From positions 64,001 through 128,000 of the IMG/VR virus record IMGVR_UViG_3300034122_002202: a DNA stretch of 64,000 bases. One strand, 5' to 3'. The position numbers and the translations under genes were made by a program. Position 1 is the first letter of the stretch. The number at the start of each line of letters is the position of its first letter. The notes under the pieces are model-generated. The model saw nothing but the letters and a program-made list of their open reading frames with translations. It ran no database searches and was not told where the DNA came from. Below, piece after piece: positions 59,880 through 64,000 of this stretch. Origin of the DNA: a virus.

Positions 59880-60272
59880 ATGAATATTTTAGAAGACATA
59901 AATTTTTATTTATCTAATGCAAGTGTAGTGATTGTCGATATAGATAACACTATTTTGCGTAATGGTATATACCCAATTAAAAAAATGATTGATTATGTAA
60001 ATGAATTGTCAAAAGAAAATAAGATTTATATCATAACTGGTAGGCCAGAATCTGATAGAGATGATACTGTAAAGTCTTTAAAGAAAGCTGGAGTTAAATA
60101 TAATAGACTTATGATGAATAATATAGGTGGTGGACCTAAAGATCAAAACGAGTCTAAAAAAAGACATGCTGAAAGCATAAAAGAAAATGTGTTGTTTGCT
60201 ATAGATGACAATCCTAAAATGCGTAATGCATATAAGGAAGCTGGAATAAAAACAAAGTCACCTAAAAAATGA
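59880..60272 (+). CDS. HAD-family phosphatase (PNKP 3'-phosphatase-like)
   Basis: DIDNT, ITGR, K, IDDN; ATG at 59880 follows GGAG. Confidence 0.85.
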   Translation: MNILEDINFYLSNASVVIVDIDNTILRNGIYPIKKMIDYVNELSKENKIYIITGRPESDRDDTVKSLKKAGVKYNRLMMNNIGGGPKDQNESKKRHAESIKENVLFAIDDNPKMRNAYKEAGIKTKSPKK

Positions 60273-60439
60273 TAAAAGACATAGACTATTATATAGATGA
60301 AAACAAACAAATTGTTTTGACTGAATATTTTTTAAAAAAAAGAGGTCGTTGTTGCAAAAAAGATTGCAAGCATTGCCCTTACGGATTTCAAAAAGAAAAA
60401 TCAAGCGACAATACTGGCAATATCAAACCTTCTAGTTAA
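60269..60439 (+). CDS. DUF5522-like Cys-rich small protein (absent from ORF track)
   Basis: DYYIDE...VLTEYFLKKRGRCCKKDCKHCPYG; ATGA overlap. Confidence 0.8.
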   Translation: MIKDIDYYIDENKQIVLTEYFLKKRGRCCKKDCKHCPYGFQKEKSSDNTGNIKPSS

Positions 60440-60589
60440 ACTATCTACGCCAAACATATCCATATATACATCTCTTATTTCTTCCATATAAACTCTGTTA
60501 AATTTTATGCCAACACTTTTTGACATTCTAATAGATGCCAATATCATTATTCTTCTAGCTTTTTTTTGTCTGTTCTTTTTAATTTTCAT
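60401..60589 (-). CDS. Small hypothetical protein
   Basis: 62 aa, AGGA RBS. Confidence 0.55.
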   Translation of the reverse strand: MKIKKNRQKKARRIMILASIRMSKSVGIKFNRVYMEEIRDVYMDMFGVDSLTRRFDIASIVA

Positions 60590-60596
60590 GTTGTTC

Positions 60597-60809
60597 CTAT
60601 TCTACATTTAGATTTATTTGTGTTGTTTCAATAACTTCTAAATTTAAATCGCTGTTTGAAATAAATTGTTTTGTTTTTTCTAATACTAAATTTGCATGTT
60701 CTTCATTATAACAATCAAAAACATAAGCATCTTTCTTTAATTTTGTTAATCCAACCTCTGGTTGTCTGCAAAAAAATTCTCCATAGATGTTTCTAATTAT
60801 TATTTTCAT
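60597..60809 (-). CDS. Small hypothetical protein
   Basis: 70 aa, AGGGG RBS. Confidence 0.6.
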   Translation of the reverse strand: MKIIIRNIYGEFFCRQPEVGLTKLKKDAYVFDCYNEEHANLVLEKTKQFISNSDLNLEVIETTQINLNVE

Positions 60810-60882
60810 ATTGATTCCCCCTTATGGTTTAGTAATATATAATAGTATTCGCTTTAACAACCAAAATATTCAAGAAATTAAA

Positions 60883-61395
60883 ATGAAAATATATACAAAA
60901 ACTGGAGATGATGGAACTACACTTTTACCAAAGACAGGTAGAGTTCCTAAAACCAATCCGAATATACAACTTCTTGGCAGTATTGATGAGCTTAATGCTT
61001 GGATTGGATTTGTTAATCAAAAGTACATTTTAGAATTAAAAGTTCATGAAGTGTACGAATTTATAATAGAAATACAGAATCTTCTTTTTGAAGTTGGTGC
61101 AGAAGTGGCTACTGGAAAAGAAAGAATAAAAGAAGAACACATTAAAAAAACAGAAGACATTATTGATTTGATGACTAAAAGTTTGAAGCCATTAAAGAAT
61201 TTTATAATTCCATTCAATCATTGTGAAATTCATTTGGCTAGAGCAGTATGTAGAAGAGTTGAAATTGATTTAGTAAGGCTTATGGAAGCACATCAAGACT
61301 TTAAAAACATTGTTGTATTTATAAATAGACTTAGTGATTTTTTATTTACTTTGGCTAGATTGCTTGGTCCAGAAGAAAAGATATGGCATGGTTAA
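60883..61395 (+). CDS. pduO: ATP:cob(I)alamin adenosyltransferase, PduO type
   Basis: KIYTKTGDDGTT, GSIDELNAWIG, IQNLLF, HLARAVCRRVE, INRLSDFLF. Confidence 0.93.
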   Translation: MKIYTKTGDDGTTLLPKTGRVPKTNPNIQLLGSIDELNAWIGFVNQKYILELKVHEVYEFIIEIQNLLFEVGAEVATGKERIKEEHIKKTEDIIDLMTKSLKPLKNFIIPFNHCEIHLARAVCRRVEIDLVRLMEAHQDFKNIVVFINRLSDFLFTLARLLGPEEKIWHG

Positions 61396-62103
61396 TTAAA
61401 CTTCTACATTTAATAATCTAAGATTTAATTTTTCAGAAATCCTATTTTCTTTTTCATATAAAATTTTATACTTAGAATCTAAATCACTTATTCCGCTTTT
61501 TAATGATTTTATAAACAATTCTTTGTCTCTTCTTTCCCTTGCTAATATATCTGCATTTTTTACTGCTTCTACCATATTTCTTCCATGATCAAAGCATTCA
61601 TACTTGCATTCTCTTGATGAAATATTTACAAGATTAAATAAACATCTGTCTCTAAAATTATCGTCTTCAGCACCCCAACCCCAAAATTCATTACTAAAAC
61701 CATTTGTTCTAAGAAATTCTTCTTTGTCTGCAATTAAAACTCCACCAAAATATTCTGTGTACGGCATTTTGTATTTATATTGACTAGCCATTGTTGCTAA
61801 ATGAACAACCCCATTAAAATATGAGTAGTCTGCTGTTTCTAAATATGGAACCATATCAACATCATGAAAACAAAAATAGTCTGCATTTTTTGAATTTTTA
61901 GCACCAATGTTTTTTAATAATGCAGGATTGCAAGGTTTATTGGCCTGTTCTACAATTATTATTTCGGTGTTTATATTTTCTAAACACTTAGTTAAATTTT
62001 TCCAAAGTCCTTCTAAGTGTTCTTCTCTATTTTTAAATGGTATAATTAAAGATAAGTTTTTTTCATTTTTATAAAATTTTTTCATGATTCCAAAAATCCT
62101 CAT
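61396..62103 (-). CDS. Glycosyltransferase family 7 (beta-1,4-galactosyltransferase-like)
   Basis: IIPFKNREEHL, FHDVD, YFGGV, NGFSNEFWGWGAEDD. Confidence 0.9.
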   Translation of the reverse strand: MRIFGIMKKFYKNEKNLSLIIPFKNREEHLEGLWKNLTKCLENINTEIIIVEQANKPCNPALLKNIGAKNSKNADYFCFHDVDMVPYLETADYSYFNGVVHLATMASQYKYKMPYTEYFGGVLIADKEEFLRTNGFSNEFWGWGAEDDNFRDRCLFNLVNISSRECKYECFDHGRNMVEAVKNADILARERRDKELFIKSLKSGISDLDSKYKILYEKENRISEKLNLRLLNVEV

Positions 62104-62117
62104 TAGTTAAAAATTTT

Positions 62118-62735
62118 TTATTTTTTTAGATGGGCCACCCATAAGCCATTCCACCAATTTTTTACATCTCCATTATGATCAGCTTTTAAAATCCATGATT
62201 TTTCTATAGAAAGATTAAGTTTTTTTATTGCTTCTAAAGTTCCTTCGGGAACGCCAAAAAAATTCCAATCATCGCAAATATAAATAAATTCATCTTCCAT
62301 AGCATCTATATAATAAGTAATAGCTAATGACTGCGATTCTTTTGAATGATCCCCATCATAAAAATAAATATTTATCTTTTGTTTTATTTCATTTTTAACA
62401 TCGACAATAAAACTTTCTTTGTCTAAAAAATTATATTCGCATTCTAAATCAGATATAGTTTTTAAAAAATGTTCTGTAGAGCCGTTAAATTGACTCCAGT
62501 TATCTATCGCTAATGCGTAAGAAGGATTGTTTTTATACAATGCAGAATAAAATGTGGAACCTTTCCATACTCCAATCTCTAGGTATTTTGCATTTGGCAT
62601 TTCCAATAAAAGATTTAAAAGATTTCTTACATTAAAACTAGACATGCCCTCCATTGTTTTTGCTTTTTTGTTAATCTTAGAATAACCATTTAGCGTTTTG
62701 TTTATACAACTATCAATATGATCTGAATAATTCAT
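62118..62735 (-). CDS. Class I SAM-dependent methyltransferase (Methyltransf_24-like)
   Basis: YLEIGVWKGST, YFYDGDH, ICDDWN. Confidence 0.85.
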   Translation of the reverse strand: MNYSDHIDSCINKTLNGYSKINKKAKTMEGMSSFNVRNLLNLLLEMPNAKYLEIGVWKGSTFYSALYKNNPSYALAIDNWSQFNGSTEHFLKTISDLECEYNFLDKESFIVDVKNEIKQKINIYFYDGDHSKESQSLAITYYIDAMEDEFIYICDDWNFFGVPEGTLEAIKKLNLSIEKSWILKADHNGDVKNWWNGLWVAHLKK

Positions 62736-62780
62736 GTTTTATCCTATGTTGTTTATTTTTAAAAAACCCTAAACAATTAT

Positions 62781-63998
62781 TTATATTAAAATTTCTCCCG
62801 GAACTCTTATATTTAAATTTTGTTCTGGAAGCCTTATAAGATCTGCTTTTACATAAAGTATATTATGTGTCTTATGCCATTCACTTGGATAGAAATTTTT
62901 TATTCTATTACCTTGAAATCTCACTGGTGTTCCAATGTATTTAGCCTGATCTCTTTTAGTGTAATACCAAAAACTATTACTATTCCAAAAAGCTATATGT
63001 GTTGGGTCTTGAAATGCACCTCTACCATCTGTGGATGGAGTCTGAGTTAAAAACCAACCCATTGGACAAAGACATCTATAAGCTTCTTTCATTACATGAA
63101 TCGGATCTTTTAAATGCTCTAGTGCATCATGTGCCCTTATTAATCCAACTTCTCCATCTTTGAAAGGCCAAGGGTCGTTTAAATCATGTATAATTTCTGC
63201 GTTTTGCATGTCTACCGACTTATACCCTTCTGGAGAATTAAAACCTCCACAAAGGTCTATCTTAAGCAAGCCATTAAGGTCACACCACTTTTCAACCAAT
63301 GCATAAATATATCTATCATGAATGTTTAATGTTTCTTCTTGAATAAAAGCATTCTTTTCACCATAACAAGTATTGTTTTTATGCTTATAGTAAATATACA
63401 AACACTTATCTATATGCTTAACATTTCCTTGTATGTATGTTTTGCAAAGAATATCATGATCATCTAGAACTTCCATTGTTTCATCATGACCACCAATTTT
63501 TTCATAGAATGATTTTTTCCATGCACGAACATGATTTGGAGAAAACCAAATTTTAGAAAATGATGCTGGAGTTGAATCAAAAGATATAAGCTCTAAAAGA
63601 TCTTTACCTTGATATTTAAATGGTCTATTTCTCCACCCAAAATAATCAGAGTAAACAAATGGCTTACCATCAGGATTTATCTCTGCACAATTTGAATATA
63701 CAAAATCAATTGTTTTATCTGAATTAAATGTATTATATAACTCTTGCAAACAGTCTTCTGTTAATTCATCATCATGATCTACTTCTACTACTACAGTTCC
63801 TTTGGATGCCACGCATCCTTCTTTTTTAAACAAACCAATTAACTTTGAATCAGGTTTTTTTGAATCAACAATCCTTGGTTTAAAAGCTAATGATTCAATA
63901 TCAATATTAGCATTTCCATTTGGAACAATAACCCATTCAAAATCTTTAAATGTTTGCTTTGCTATAGATCTAGCAAGTCTAGCAAGGAATTGGGTATT
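62781..63998 (-). CDS. GT2 glycosyltransferase fused to methyltransferase-like domain (5' end beyond window)
   Basis: Frame open to edge (SIAKQTFKDFEWVIV), EVDHDD, LDDHD; C-domain KIDLCGG, HDALEH, GAFQDPTH. Confidence 0.85.
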   Translation of the reverse strand, partial: NTQFLARLARSIAKQTFKDFEWVIVPNGNANIDIESLAFKPRIVDSKKPDSKLIGLFKKEGCVASKGTVVVEVDHDDELTEDCLQELYNTFNSDKTIDFVYSNCAEINPDGKPFVYSDYFGWRNRPFKYQGKDLLELISFDSTPASFSKIWFSPNHVRAWKKSFYEKIGGHDETMEVLDDHDILCKTYIQGNVKHIDKCLYIYYKHKNNTCYGEKNAFIQEETLNIHDRYIYALVEKWCDLNGLLKIDLCGGFNSPEGYKSVDMQNAEIIHDLNDPWPFKDGEVGLIRAHDALEHLKDPIHVMKEAYRCLCPMGWFLTQTPSTDGRGAFQDPTHIAFWNSNSFWYYTKRDQAKYIGTPVRFQGNRIKNFYPSEWHKTHNILYVKADLIRLPEQNLNIRVPGEILI

Positions 63999-64000
63999 GT

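Noticed and set aside
60787-60882. N-terminal hydrophobic extension on PduO
   Set aside because: It overlaps the divergent gene; the family starts at MKIYTKTGD, so ATG 60883 is preferred.
1-64000. Genome-wide stop-codon reassignment
   Set aside because: Long conserved genes are intact in the standard code, and TAG, TGA and TAA all terminate genes with tight coupling.

Overview
AT-rich, densely coding segment of a large (probably jumbo) tailed dsDNA phage genome, standard genetic code. A Planctomycetota-type host is my inference only, based on the RimI-like acetyltransferase, the C1-peptidase module and Cys/Thr-rich virion proteins. 1-17.2 kb (+): virion module with the 3' part of a very long tape-measure gene, tail genes and a Cys-rich protein with mucin-like Ser/Thr tracts. 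17.2-58.6 kb (-): recombination genes, a large glycosylation cluster with phoH, and a replication block (SSB, DnaE split into two intein-less genes around DnaQ, dNMP kinase, primase, DnaB, RecA with a class 3 intein). The same strand continues with class II RNR, a papain-like peptidase/membrane module, ThyX, peptide deformylase, HNH nucleases and a GNAT. 58.6-64 kb: mixed-strand accessory genes including a PduO cobalamin adenosyltransferase, GT7, methyltransferases and a structured non-coding region. Most notable observation: an unannotated 52-codon ORF ending C-F-T-TGA-R-R-K-K-TAA with a SECIS-like hairpin at the canonical distance, i.e. a candidate phage-encoded selenoprotein. No tRNA, rRNA or CRISPR array was recognised. 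All family assignments are from motif recognition by eye, not database searches.
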